DNA of 64,000 nucleotides from an uncultured Leptospirales bacterium (GCA_964529415.1 CAZGWD010000002.1:30089-94088), one strand, 5' to 3'; shown: positions 1 through 10,756, counted from the first letter of the stretch. Translations and numbers: made by a program. Notes: generated by a model not told the origin, from the sequence alone.

Positions 1-2321
1 ACAAAAATATATCCGTTATGTTTTTTAACAACAGAATATGTTACTGCGAGGCCAAGACCGTGGCCTTTGTCTTTTGTTGTAAAATACGGTTCAAAAATTT
101 TCATCATGTTTTTCTTCGGGATCCCGTAACCTTTATCGCTGATTGAAATTTTAATATAACTGCCGGGCGTTATCAGCAGTTTGTTTTTACTATCTATAGA
201 AATATTTTCCGCGGATATTATTACAGTTCCTCCGTCCTGCATTGATTCGCGCGCATTTAAAACGAGGTTGTGCACAACCTGGCTTATCTGCCCTTCATCC
301 GCCTTAACGCTCCAGAGATCATCCGGAATTTCATACTCAGCCATTATCATTGATCCGCGCAAAACAAAAGTTGTTGTATCCTTTAAAAGATTCTGAATGG
401 AAATAGTATTGATTATCGGCTCTCCTCCTCTTGAAAAAGTAAGAAGCTGCTGTGTAAGATCCCTGGTTCTGATACTGACTTTTTCAGCCTCCATCAGAAT
501 TTCAAAATTTTTATCTTCCGGCTTCAAATTCAGAAGAGCCAGAGAAATATTTCCGACTATCGCAGTAAGGAGATTATTGAAATCATGGGCAATCCCACCT
601 GCTATGATACCGAGAGATTCAAGTTTGGATGCCTTTAGCATCTCCTCTTCCATTAATAATTTTTCAGTAATATCACGGAATATAATTACAATCCCGAAAA
701 TAACATTGCTCTTGTTTCTCAGAGGCGCAAAAACCGGAGCTATAATCTTTTTTTCACCGGATTTTGCAACAAGAACAGCTTTTCCTCCGTAATCAACCAC
801 CTCGCCTGATTCCTGTATCCGGGATACCGGAGAAGTATCTGCATTTTCTGTCTGTTCATTTATAAAGGGAAAAATTTCTGAAATTGTTTTCCCGCTAGCT
901 TCATCCATTTGATACCCTGTAATCTCTTCTGCAGCCCTGTTCATAAACTCAACCCTGCCGTCGACATTTGTTGTAATTACTCCTTCCCCGAGAGACCTGA
1001 GGGTTGTGTCCATTTTTTCTTTTTCTTCATAGAGCTGTTTATGAGAAGTAAAAACTTCCTTATGGGATTTTTCCAGTTCTTTATTTATTTCAGCAAGATT
1101 TCCATTCTGGAGCTGAATTTCTTTATACTGGCTCAGAATAGTTTCTTTCGATCTCCTGCTTTCAGTAATATCTGTTATTATCAGAAGCAGACAGATTTTA
1201 TCATCAAGGTCCATTTTTTGAATTCTCATAATAACAGGAACAATGATTGAATTTTTTTTCACTACAGAGCATTCTATATCCGGCTTATCTCCCTGCATAA
1301 CCAGGGCAATATTTTTTTCCATAATATCCTTAAATGAAAAATCAAGGTTAAGGTCCGTTATGGATAGTTTAGTAAATTCATTATACGTATATCCGAAAAG
1401 TTCAATACTTGCGATGTTCACATCAATAACGCTGCCGTCGGTGCTGCATAAAATAATTGAATATGGTGTTGCATCTGAAAGAGCCTGAAGCCTGCTTCTG
1501 CTCCCAAAGAGTTCCTTATTTTTTTCCTGAAGGCTCTCATTTGTTTTCTTGATCCCGTCAGAGTATGCATTAATCTGCTCAAGCATGGCATTGAATCTGC
1601 CGGAAAAAAAACCGATCTCATCATTGCTTTTCACTTCAGCCCTGACTGAAACATTCCCTTTTCCGTATTCATCCAGAACTCCAACAAGGTTTGCAATGGG
1701 ATTAATAATAGAGCGGGTATTGATCAGATTCAATACAAGGCCTATAGCAAAAGCAGAAATGCAGAATATCAGAAAAAAAGTTTTTATAAGTTCTATTCTT
1801 TCTCTTGCATTTTCCCAGGATTTATACATAAGTTCAGTTTCGATTTTATCGACCTGAAGTATCCTGGTCATGAATTTCTGGTTTAGTGTTGTAAATTCAC
1901 TGTCTATTACTGATGAGTTTAAAACTGACTGGATTTTATCGCTATAACGGTCAAATGAAACATTTAGCGTGATAAAGATTATTTCCTCTTCATCATTCAG
2001 TGTCTGTGAAAAAATCTGCTGAATAAAAATTTTAATAAAGCGGATTTCATCATTGATATTGATTTTTAATGCATTTTTTTCATCGGCATCATATTCCCTG
2101 CAGTACTGATCTATAAGGTTTGAGATATTGTTTCCTCGTATAATAATATCCTTAACCATTGACCTGGCATTTGCCTTTTCCATAAGCTGGTTATATACCA
2201 TATTTTCAATAATGCCGAGATTATAAAAAGCAAGAAAACTGAAAACTATCAATATAGAAATGAGGAAAAAAAAACTTCCTATAATTTTTTTACCTATTGA
2301 AGATTTAAATGAAAATTTCAT
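1..2321 (-). CDS. Sensor histidine kinase with HAMP, PAS and coiled-coil regions, partial (the C-terminal end lies beyond the window start)
   Basis: Minus-strand ATG at 2321 gives MKFSFKSSIGKKIIGSFFFLISIL (N-terminal TM), and the frame stays open to position 1. The reverse complement of about 60-180 translates to ISDKGYGIPKKNMMKIFEPYFTTKDKGHGLGLAVTYSVVKKHNGYI, the G1/G2 boxes of an HATPase_c domain. It is absent from the ORF track only because it runs off the window. The plus-strand ORFs at 181-1857 are antisense artefacts. Confidence 0.85.
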   Translation of the reverse strand, partial: MKFSFKSSIGKKIIGSFFFLISILIVFSFLAFYNLGIIENMVYNQLMEKANARSMVKDIIIRGNNISNLIDQYCREYDADEKNALKININDEIRFIKIFIQQIFSQTLNDEEEIIFITLNVSFDRYSDKIQSVLNSSVIDSEFTTLNQKFMTRILQVDKIETELMYKSWENARERIELIKTFFLIFCISAFAIGLVLNLINTRSIINPIANLVGVLDEYGKGNVSVRAEVKSNDEIGFFSGRFNAMLEQINAYSDGIKKTNESLQEKNKELFGSRSRLQALSDATPYSIILCSTDGSVIDVNIASIELFGYTYNEFTKLSITDLNLDFSFKDIMEKNIALVMQGDKPDIECSVVKKNSIIVPVIMRIQKMDLDDKICLLLIITDITESRRSKETILSQYKEIQLQNGNLAEINKELEKSHKEVFTSHKQLYEEKEKMDTTLRSLGEGVITTNVDGRVEFMNRAAEEITGYQMDEASGKTISEIFPFINEQTENADTSPVSRIQESGEVVDYGGKAVLVAKSGEKKIIAPVFAPLRNKSNVIFGIVIIFRDITEKLLMEEEMLKASKLESLGIIAGGIAHDFNNLLTAIVGNISLALLNLKPEDKNFEILMEAEKVSIRTRDLTQQLLTFSRGGEPIINTISIQNLLKDTTTFVLRGSMIMAEYEIPDDLWSVKADEGQISQVVHNLVLNARESMQDGGTVIISAENISIDSKNKLLITPGSYIKISISDKGYGIPKKNMMKIFEPYFTTKDKGHGLGLAVTYSVVKKHNGYIF

Positions 2322-2328
2322 AAAAAAA

Positions 2329-3510
2329 TTATTCCTCAGCCGATAGAAAACCTGTAACAATCTGCCATTTGCCGTTTGTCACTCTTCCTAATTTCAGTTT
2401 TTTATATCCTACGTGATTCATTTTTGAAAAGGAAAACGGAGCAGTAATGCCGCCTGTACTGAAATCATTAATGCTCTCTAAACCCCTGTTAATTCCTTCA
2501 TGAGATAAATCATCGCCTGCCCTGCGCACACCTTCCAGCATTATCATTGCAAGCACCCATGCGCTGATGTATCGCACATGAGGATTGGAATCTCCAGTAT
2601 TTTTCTGTATATTATATTTCAGAATTTCTTTCACTCCCTGAATTTCTGGATCAAATAAAAAAGGAAACACACCCATATATCCTTCTGAGTCTTTGCCTGC
2701 GAAAGCCACTACTTTCTCATCAGTACACCAGATAAGTCCGATAAATCTGGTTTTCAGATTGAATTTTTTTGCCTCTTTTAATATAACAGATGCAGACCAG
2801 GTTGTTTCATTTATGATCGCGTAATCCGGGTTTTTCTCTTTCATGCGATTGATCTGATCTCCTGCCTCCCGCGCATCGAGAAAAACTATTTCTTCGGATA
2901 CAATTTCTATTCCCATCTGTTCAGCATACAAACGCGCATCAGCAACAGGCGATTTTCCGAATTCTGTATCATTGTACAGAAGGGCCACTTTTGGCATGCG
3001 GCTTTTATCCTTCCAGTCACTCAGAATATATTTAAATATTATTTTAACCTGATCGGAATATGTCGGAGCCATCAGATAATTATAAGGCGCAGCCTTAATA
3101 TCACCAAGATTTTTTGACAATGATACGCTGGTAAACGGAATTTTATCTTTTTTTATCTTCGGAAGAAGCGCAGTTGTGCCTCCGGTGCTCCAGCCTATAA
3201 TCAGATGTGCATTATCATCATTGACAAGCCTGTCGTAAGCTGCAAGATCCCTCGTTGTCATGTAAGCTGTATCATATTCTATCAGCCGGACTTTCCTGCC
3301 GTTAATCCCGCCTTTTAAATTGATATAATCTATATAGCTTCTTATTCCGTCTGCAAATTTCGTGCCTGTTTCCGCAGTCTGTCCTGTCAGATCAAATAAT
3401 GCGCCTACAATAATTTCGTTTGATTTATTTTTTTTGCAGGATAGAATAAGGTATAAAGATGAAATAATAACAAATAAAAACAGAAGATATTTTTTTTTCA
3501 TAGATTCCAC
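2329..3510 (-). CDS. Periplasmic substrate-binding lipoprotein, LivJ/LivK (branched-chain amino acid, type I PBP) family
   Basis: Signal peptide with a lipobox (LILSC), and type I periplasmic-binding-protein fold motifs (GALFDLTG...GWSTGGT). It lies 8 nt downstream of the histidine kinase on the same strand. Confidence 0.7.
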   Translation of the reverse strand: MESMKKKYLLFLFVIISSLYLILSCKKNKSNEIIVGALFDLTGQTAETGTKFADGIRSYIDYINLKGGINGRKVRLIEYDTAYMTTRDLAAYDRLVNDDNAHLIIGWSTGGTTALLPKIKKDKIPFTSVSLSKNLGDIKAAPYNYLMAPTYSDQVKIIFKYILSDWKDKSRMPKVALLYNDTEFGKSPVADARLYAEQMGIEIVSEEIVFLDAREAGDQINRMKEKNPDYAIINETTWSASVILKEAKKFNLKTRFIGLIWCTDEKVVAFAGKDSEGYMGVFPFLFDPEIQGVKEILKYNIQKNTGDSNPHVRYISAWVLAMIMLEGVRRAGDDLSHEGINRGLESINDFSTGGITAPFSFSKMNHVGYKKLKLGRVTNGKWQIVTGFLSAEE

Positions 3511-3534
3511 CTTACATTACAGTTTATTAAAAAT

Positions 3535-5628
3535 TTATACCACATCCATGCAAATAATACAGACATCATCATCGAAGTCTTCTGAACCGCGAAAGGAGAT
3601 AAGGTTTTCTACCAGAGTCTTTACAAACCGGCCTGACGGCAAAGACTCGCTTTGCTTCAACACCTGATACAGCTGTGCAGACTCAAAATCGACCAATGCT
3701 CCGGAACGGGTCTGGATATCGGCCATGCTCACAGCTTCTGTGAGACCATCTGTATACAGCAGAATTTTATCGCCAGGGTTCAAATCTATTGAGTCGTTGC
3801 TGAAAAAACGATTTTTTTCAGCCAGTTTTTCCCCGCTGAAGACGGCAAGGGGCATCATATGCCGTGTTGACAATACACTTTCAACATTTCCATGACGGAT
3901 AATAAACGGGTGATTGTGCCCGCAGTTGCAATAAGTGAATCTCCGGGTTTCCAGGTCCATAATTCCGTAAAATGCTGTAACGAAATTTCCCGCAGTCTGG
4001 TTAACAAGTATGCGGTTAAGATGCTCCATGAGAACAGACGGGTCCAGGCTCTGTGAGCCTATCTGCAAAAGAGCGCTTTTAATCATGGATGTAATAAATG
4101 CAGCCGGCACTCCGTGGCCGGAAACATCGCTTATGAAGATGCCGATATTTCTGCTGTCACGGAAACGTATAAAATCGTAAAAATCACCCCCGACCTGATC
4201 CATAGGCCTGTAGTAAAAAGAAATATCAGGAGACGGGCTCTGCGATGGAATAAACTGTTTCTGAATGCGTTTTGCCATCATCAGCTCATTTTCTATTACT
4301 TCGCTGCGCGCCTCGAGCAGTTTTTTCTTCTGGTTCAGCTCTGATGTCCGATCGTCTATTTTCCTGTCAAGATCGCGGTTCAGCTGCTGCAGGTCTGCTG
4401 ATGTATTCTGCAAATCATGGTACATGCGCGCCTGTTCCCAGGCCAGTATAAAAAAAATACTTATCACCATGAAGAGATAACCGTATGAGCTGAGCCATGC
4501 ATAGGGCATCAGCTGGTTTCTAAGGAATACGAGATCGTGGATGCTTGCTGCAAAAACCACCAGATGCCCTGCAAGCAGGAATATCGCATCTTTTTTTTTG
4601 CGCACACAGGATATTGAAAGAATCACGATATTAAAAATAATAAGTGGAGCTATTACCAGGAGCATGGTCAGCGAAAAGACTTTTTCCACTCCTGTCTTGG
4701 TATCAGGGATGAGAGTGACCAGAGCCATAAAAGGAGCAGGCAGAATAGTAATAAGCCGAACCGCTAAATTGCTGCTTAAGATTCCTGTAAAGCGCAAAGC
4801 CAATTGTGAAAGAAACATGACCACCATGGGAAAGGCAGCCTTGGATATCTTTTCAATGAGAAGTTCATCCGCAGCGTTATGTGAAAAAAGAAAATTGATA
4901 CGGGAAAGAAAAAAGAACAGACATACCATTGAAAAATACAGATAGCGAATATCGCGGTCCTCACGGGTTAAGAAATAAAAAAGGAAAAATATAAAAAGAA
5001 ACAGCGATACAAATGATGATCCCTTGATAAACTGGTTATAAAACATTTCCTTCCAGAATGCCCTTGCAGAATTCAGACTGTAAGTGGAAACATACATCTG
5101 CTGAAATGGAAAAATCTCATATCCCGTAAAAACTTCAACTGCTATGCGGTTGGGTGCATCACCGAAACGCAGCAGATTTCGTGACAGATATACATCTGAA
5201 GGCGACATGACAGCTGTATCATATGTTGATGTGTGAGTTCCTCTTCGGTGCAGAGCAATACCGTTAATGTAAACCACATACGAATATTTGGTTGGCCCTA
5301 TGTATAGAGAAAGCGGAGTATCGCGGAGCTGTTCATCCACTTTAAACTCTCCAATAAAAGTATACATGCGGTTATTAAGATCTTTCTCGCGTGGAAGCTG
5401 GCGAAAGTCATAAAGCCTGAACCCTGCATCTGCAATATTACTCTGTATATACCGCCCTTCTTCCAGAGCGCTTTCCAGAATGTATAAATCCGGAGACAGT
5501 TCCAGACGTGTTGGTGTGAGTACAGGCATTTCAGAAGCCAACAGGATGCCTGAATGCGACAATAACAGGAGAATACCGGCCATTACTATCAGGCCGGGTT
5601 TTGTCAACCTGCATATAATTTTTATCAA
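3535..5628 (-). CDS. 7TMR-DISM receptor fused to a PP2C/SpoIIE-type serine phosphatase (RsbU-like)
   Basis: N-terminal signal/TM and an approximately 180-aa extracellular domain, then about 7 TM helices and a coiled coil. The C-terminal PP2C motifs are GGDFYDF...DVSGHGVPAA...YTDGLTE. Confidence 0.75.
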   Translation of the reverse strand: MIKIICRLTKPGLIVMAGILLLLSHSGILLASEMPVLTPTRLELSPDLYILESALEEGRYIQSNIADAGFRLYDFRQLPREKDLNNRMYTFIGEFKVDEQLRDTPLSLYIGPTKYSYVVYINGIALHRRGTHTSTYDTAVMSPSDVYLSRNLLRFGDAPNRIAVEVFTGYEIFPFQQMYVSTYSLNSARAFWKEMFYNQFIKGSSFVSLFLFIFFLFYFLTREDRDIRYLYFSMVCLFFFLSRINFLFSHNAADELLIEKISKAAFPMVVMFLSQLALRFTGILSSNLAVRLITILPAPFMALVTLIPDTKTGVEKVFSLTMLLVIAPLIIFNIVILSISCVRKKKDAIFLLAGHLVVFAASIHDLVFLRNQLMPYAWLSSYGYLFMVISIFFILAWEQARMYHDLQNTSADLQQLNRDLDRKIDDRTSELNQKKKLLEARSEVIENELMMAKRIQKQFIPSQSPSPDISFYYRPMDQVGGDFYDFIRFRDSRNIGIFISDVSGHGVPAAFITSMIKSALLQIGSQSLDPSVLMEHLNRILVNQTAGNFVTAFYGIMDLETRRFTYCNCGHNHPFIIRHGNVESVLSTRHMMPLAVFSGEKLAEKNRFFSNDSIDLNPGDKILLYTDGLTEAVSMADIQTRSGALVDFESAQLYQVLKQSESLPSGRFVKTLVENLISFRGSEDFDDDVCIICMDVV

Positions 5629-5778
5629 GATAATTACCTATTTACCCATGCTTTCAGCAGTCATCAGCCAATTGCATTGTTATTATTTTATTTATCATGA
5701 TAATTTATTAATATGGATATTCAAAAAAGAGTCAAGAATAAAACTCACAAAGCATTTTTTAACTTTTCTTATTATTCT

Positions 5779-6168
5779 TTAATTCCACACTCTATTAATA
5801 TCAACTTCATCATCCTTTGAAACGACTCCCTTTACTATAATGCCACGGGCATAATAATCAAGTCTGTATTCCACAATTCTGATAGTTCCAGTCTCGACAG
5901 GATGATCTGTTAAAGTATTTGTAATACCGTGACGTCCACCTGCAGCAGGAATAAACCTGACTAATCCTTTCCGGTAAGTTTTAAACTCCTTGCCCAATTC
6001 TGCAAAAGCTCTATCACCAATGCAGAAAATAATTTCCTGATCATTTATCTCTATTATCTCCCCATATTTTGTAGTTTTATGATATAACTTTTCAAAACTT
6101 AAACAACCTGTAAGAATTAAACTTGAAATTAATATTAAAACAACGACCTGCTTTTTTTTGATTATCAT
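5779..6168 (-). CDS. Small lipoprotein, unknown function
   Basis: Signal peptide plus lipobox (LILTGC); 129 aa. Confidence 0.4.
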   Translation of the reverse strand: MIIKKKQVVVLILISSLILTGCLSFEKLYHKTTKYGEIIEINDQEIIFCIGDRAFAELGKEFKTYRKGLVRFIPAAGGRHGITNTLTDHPVETGTIRIVEYRLDYYARGIIVKGVVSKDDEVDINRVWN

Positions 6169-6245
6169 TTAGCTGCTCCTATTCAATTATATTTTTTTCT
6201 TCAGTAGAACAAAAGAAATTATGACATTAACTTCAAACATCGTTT

Positions 6246-9200
6246 TCATTTTTCCGTACCCCTGTTTAGCCACAGATACAGTGTCGGCAGCAGAACAAGC
6301 GTTAGGATTGTTGATGTGATTAGACCTCCGATAACAACCGTAGCAAGAGGCCGCTGCACTTCTGCACCCATGCCGGTATTGATAGCCATAGGTAAAAAAC
6401 CAAGACTTGCCACAAGTGCAGTCATGACCACAGGACGAAGACGCTTATGAGCTCCGTTCATGACTGCCATGCGGACCGATTCACCTTTTTCCCTGAGCTG
6501 GTTAATAAAAGTAACCATTACCAGGCTGTTTAAAATAGCTATACCGAGAACAGCAATGAAACCCACAGATGCGGACACGCTGAAATTCAGGCCGCGGATT
6601 GCAAGAGCGAATACACCGCCGGATACAGCAAAAGGGATACTCATATACACAAGCATTGCCTGCCTGAAACTTCCAACGCTTCTGATAACAAGAATGAATA
6701 TCACAAACAATACCAGTGGAACAATAATAAAAAGACGTGCGCGGGCTCGTTCAAGATTTTTAAATTTTCCTCCCCAGTCAAGTGTATACCCTTCCGGCAG
6801 ATCAAGTCCCTTGCTGATTTTTTCTTTTGCTTCAGCCACGTAACCTGCAGTGTCGCGATCACCGAGAAAAATAGACACTGCCGAATAACGCGCAGATCTG
6901 TGTCTTGCAATATTTGACACTTTTTCTGTTTCTCCGATTTCAGTAAGATTATTAAGTGGTACAGTACCTCCGTCATCGAGAGATACAGGTATAGAAGCTA
7001 TTGTTCGATAATTACTGCGGTGCTCCTCACTCATACGCAGAACTATCGGGAATCGCCAGTCATATTCGTAGAAACTTCCTATCCGGCGGCCTCCCATTGC
7101 AGTTTCAACTGTTTCATTTATTTCGCGCAAGCCTATGCCATATAGATTCATTTTAGCATAATTAAGACGAATATTAAACACAGGACTTTTCCTGAGTGCA
7201 GTAATGGGATCCATCTCAACTTCGCTTGCTCCGGGTATAGGACGAAGAATTTGCTCTGCTTTTTCAACAAGTTCGCTCAGTGTATCGAGATCCTTCCCGT
7301 AAATCCGCAATGTAACATCTGCCCTGCTTCCTTCTAGTATTTCATTGAAGCGAAGTTCAATAGGCTGAGAAAGAAATATCTCCTGCCCCTTGATTTTCTT
7401 TTCAATTTCGATTTTTATTGCTTCGAAAAGTTCTCGTTTGCTTCTCTGCTTTCCGGCTATTTCCGGCCACTTATTTCTATCATGCTTTAAAATAACATAT
7501 GTATCTGTCATATTAATGCTCATAGGATCAGTGGCTGATTCTGCGGTGCCGATACGGGCAAATACCCTTTCAACCTCGGGAAATCCTGCAATGATCTTTT
7601 CGCATATCTCCTGTTGGCGAAGAGCTTCTTCAAGTCCAATACTGTAATCCCTGACAAAGGCTATACTCATGTCACCCTCATCCAGAGGTGGAACGAAATC
7701 CGAACCTGTACGGTAAAACATTACACCAGAAACAATCATTATAACTAAAGCTGCTGCAATCAGCGGAGTCCGGCGATGCAGACTGAAATTAAGAACAGGA
7801 TTGTATATTCTCTGTATGATCCGGAAAACAAGCGGATTGGACTCAGCATGTTTATCTTTCCGTACCGAATAAAATGCAAGTACTGGCATAAGTGCTAAAG
7901 CCACTACAAGACTTGATCCTAATGCCATAAGGACTGTAAGAGCCATGGGGCGGAACATTTTCCCTTCAACACCTTCAAGAGTAAGTATGGGTATATAAAC
8001 AACCATTATGATTAAAAGACCAAATATGATTGGTTTTGCAACTTCAGTACATGAATCAACCAGCAGTGTTAGTTTACTGGAGGATGTGATTTTTTCTCCG
8101 CTTTTAGCCTGGTCTTCGCGCCTCCGCAGATAATTTTCTATCAGGACAACCGAACCATCAACAAGAAGGCCGAAATCTACAGCACCCAGGCTCATCAGGT
8201 TTGCGGATATACCGAAAAAATTCATGCCCACAGCAGCGGCAAGCATTGAAAGAGGAATGGCAAGAGACACAAAGACAGCTGCCCTGACATTTCCGAGTAT
8301 AAGCAGAAGCACCATTACTACAAGCGCCGCGCCTACTGCGAGATTTTCAGCTACAGTTTTAATTGTTGCGTTTACAAGATAACTCCTCGTATACATGATC
8401 TCTGTTTCAACATCCGCTGGAAGAGGAGTTTCCTTTAATACACGTTCTGCGTTTACTGCAACTTCGCGGCTGTTTGCACCCAGAAGCATAAATACAGAAC
8501 CGAGCACAGTCTCCTTACCCTTGTATGTTGCAGCCCCGAGACGCTGAACATGGTCCTCCCGCACATCAGCAATATCGCGCAGTGTTATGGATCTTCCGTC
8601 AGCCATAAGCTTTATTGGAACAGAACGGATTGTATCCAGATTTTTCAACATGGCATCAGTTCGGATAATTACCTGTTTCCTGTTTTTTTCAATATATCCA
8701 CCGCCGAAATTTTCTCCCAGGGTATTCAGTTTTTTCTGCATATCATCAATGGTGATTCCGTAACGTGCAAGAAGAGCTGGATGAAAATCTATATGTATCT
8801 CTTTTTTATAACCTCCGATGGCGTCTATTTCCGCTGTGTCAGGTATGGCTGATTTCAGATATGGCCTGATAATAAAATCCTGTACAGTACGCAAATACGT
8901 GAGACGCTCCCTCTCGCTTCTGCCTTCAAGACGCGTTCCTTTTTTTGCTTTAACAGTATATATAAGCACCTCGCCGAGACCGGTGCTTATAGGTCCAAGC
9001 TCTGGACTTAAACCCTGCGGAAGCAGCTCCCGTACATTCTGAAGACGTTCTCCTATAAGCTGACGCGCCCAGTATATATTTGTGCCATCCTTGAATATAA
9101 CAACAACCTGAGACAGGCCATAACGCGAAAGTGACCGGACATCAGCTACATTCGGAAGGCCGGCAAGCTCTGTTTCGATATAATAGGTAACAGTTTTCTC

Positions 9201-9383
9201 AACCTGTTCCGGTTCAAGCGCTCCGGTTTTTGTGTTTATAATTACCTGTATGTTTGTAATATCCGGTATTGCGTCTATCGGCATAGCTGCTATTGCGTAA
9301 AGACCGATTGCGGCAATCACTGCAGAAAAAAACACTACCCAGCTTTTATTTTTTAATATCAGTTCAATAATTTTACGGTACAT
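6246..9383 (-). CDS. RND efflux transporter, heavy-metal-efflux (CzcA/CusA-like) family
   Basis: 1045 aa with 12 TM helices and large periplasmic loops. The N-terminus MYRKIIELILKNKSWVVFFSAVIAAIGLYAIAAMPIDAIPDITNIQVII is typical of HME-RND. Confidence 0.85.
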   Translation of the reverse strand: MYRKIIELILKNKSWVVFFSAVIAAIGLYAIAAMPIDAIPDITNIQVIINTKTGALEPEQVEKTVTYYIETELAGLPNVADVRSLSRYGLSQVVVIFKDGTNIYWARQLIGERLQNVRELLPQGLSPELGPISTGLGEVLIYTVKAKKGTRLEGRSERERLTYLRTVQDFIIRPYLKSAIPDTAEIDAIGGYKKEIHIDFHPALLARYGITIDDMQKKLNTLGENFGGGYIEKNRKQVIIRTDAMLKNLDTIRSVPIKLMADGRSITLRDIADVREDHVQRLGAATYKGKETVLGSVFMLLGANSREVAVNAERVLKETPLPADVETEIMYTRSYLVNATIKTVAENLAVGAALVVMVLLLILGNVRAAVFVSLAIPLSMLAAAVGMNFFGISANLMSLGAVDFGLLVDGSVVLIENYLRRREDQAKSGEKITSSSKLTLLVDSCTEVAKPIIFGLLIIMVVYIPILTLEGVEGKMFRPMALTVLMALGSSLVVALALMPVLAFYSVRKDKHAESNPLVFRIIQRIYNPVLNFSLHRRTPLIAAALVIMIVSGVMFYRTGSDFVPPLDEGDMSIAFVRDYSIGLEEALRQQEICEKIIAGFPEVERVFARIGTAESATDPMSINMTDTYVILKHDRNKWPEIAGKQRSKRELFEAIKIEIEKKIKGQEIFLSQPIELRFNEILEGSRADVTLRIYGKDLDTLSELVEKAEQILRPIPGASEVEMDPITALRKSPVFNIRLNYAKMNLYGIGLREINETVETAMGGRRIGSFYEYDWRFPIVLRMSEEHRSNYRTIASIPVSLDDGGTVPLNNLTEIGETEKVSNIARHRSARYSAVSIFLGDRDTAGYVAEAKEKISKGLDLPEGYTLDWGGKFKNLERARARLFIIVPLVLFVIFILVIRSVGSFRQAMLVYMSIPFAVSGGVFALAIRGLNFSVSASVGFIAVLGIAILNSLVMVTFINQLREKGESVRMAVMNGAHKRLRPVVMTALVASLGFLPMAINTGMGAEVQRPLATVVIGGLITSTILTLVLLPTLYLWLNRGTEK

Positions 9384-10662
9384 GGTTGACTCCTATGGAT
9401 TTTTTTTGAACCAGAACAGGGAAAGTGAAATCCTCGCTGCCTTGAAGGACAAGCAAAGCAGCATATTTTTCAACATATTCATATTGAGCTGCCAGTATGG
9501 CAAGATGCATATCATATGACTGATTTTCCACTTCGCCATACATTACAAAATCAATTAGACCTGTATCAAAAAATCCGTCAGCCTCTGCAAGGCGATTATG
9601 AACATCATCAAACATAGACACAGGCAGCCGCTCAAGATTTTTCCGCGCAATTTCATATTCGAAATATGATGAAACCAGAGCCTGGGCAGTTTCACGTTTT
9701 ACATACACAGCTATTGCTTTTTTTGCTTCAATATCAGCTTCCAGACTTTTTACTCCTGCTTTGTTTGTATTCCACATTGGGACAGAGAAAGTTATGCCTG
9801 CACCGATAAATCTTTGAATATCCGGAACCTGGTCTTCCCTGTAGAGTAATGAAAGCCCGAAATCCGGCAGTGCAAATTTTCGCGCGAGATGTGTTTCCAT
9901 TTTTGTTCTTTCAAGAACAAGAGAATGCTTCTTCAAATCAATGTTGCCCTTATCCGCAATGGCAAGCAGATCATTAATTTCCAGCAGCTTTCCCTTTTCG
10001 AACCATGGAGTTTTTATAGTGACAGGTTCCTGGAAATTCAGGAAAAGATTGAGCTTTGACCAGATAACATCTTTACTGAAACGGATTTCATCTAAATTTT
10101 TCATAAGAAGAATAAGTTTCATTTCAACAATATGCTTTTCCATCTTTTTTTTAGGTGATGTTATCGGACGACTGGCGAGATATTTTTTAATAGATATGAA
10201 ACGTATGACTCTTTCTTCAAGATGTTTTGTGAGTTCTAAAGCAACAGCATATTGATATGCAAGCTTTATGACGCTATATCGGACAAATAAACGCGAACTA
10301 TCCCTGTCTAACCCTGCTTTTTTTTCCTGAAAACCTGCAATATCACCCGCGAGTTTCTGCTTGCCCGGGAAGTAAAAAGGCTGCGTTAGCCCTATATCAT
10401 AAGCGAATCCATTTTGACCTGATGCGGATTTATTTCCTGCATTAAATGATATTATTGGATTCTGCCAGGGCATGGACTGACCTTTCGCCCATTTTGCAGA
10501 TTCAACTGACTTTTCTGAAGCACTCAGAAGCTCGGACCGCTTCAATGCAAGATCCACCAGCTCCGGCATGTCATAAGTAATTTTATTATCTTCTCCTGAT
10601 AATGACATGCTATTGCTTACAACAAGAACACTGAATAATAATATTAATAATATACGAAACAT
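9373..10662 (-). CDS. Outer membrane efflux protein (TolC/CzcC-like OMF)
   Basis: 429 aa with a signal peptide and two alpha-helical/beta OEP repeats. Its stop overlaps the RND gene start by 11 nt, so the two form an operon. Confidence 0.65.
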   Translation of the reverse strand: MFRILLILLFSVLVVSNSMSLSGEDNKITYDMPELVDLALKRSELLSASEKSVESAKWAKGQSMPWQNPIISFNAGNKSASGQNGFAYDIGLTQPFYFPGKQKLAGDIAGFQEKKAGLDRDSSRLFVRYSVIKLAYQYAVALELTKHLEERVIRFISIKKYLASRPITSPKKKMEKHIVEMKLILLMKNLDEIRFSKDVIWSKLNLFLNFQEPVTIKTPWFEKGKLLEINDLLAIADKGNIDLKKHSLVLERTKMETHLARKFALPDFGLSLLYREDQVPDIQRFIGAGITFSVPMWNTNKAGVKSLEADIEAKKAIAVYVKRETAQALVSSYFEYEIARKNLERLPVSMFDDVHNRLAEADGFFDTGLIDFVMYGEVENQSYDMHLAILAAQYEYVEKYAALLVLQGSEDFTFPVLVQKKSIGVNHVP

Positions 10663-10756
10663 ATAGAACCCCTGTAATGCTATAGTGCCGCACTAAAAAT
10701 ACAATATTCATACTGAATCAGTGCGGGAAGCTAAAATAAAAATTATGGATTTTTTA

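Noticed and set aside
181-1857. Several plus-strand ORFs of 71-131 aa from the track
   Set aside because: They lie antisense to a long uninterrupted minus-strand histidine kinase reading frame that has clear HATPase_c motifs. The translations are low-complexity, so they are antisense artefacts.
9373-10662. Possibility that this gene is the missing membrane fusion protein of the RND pump
   Set aside because: The sequence is predominantly helical, with TolC/OEP-type repeats and a signal peptide. There is no lipoyl/beta-barrel HlyD organisation, so it is better called an OMF.
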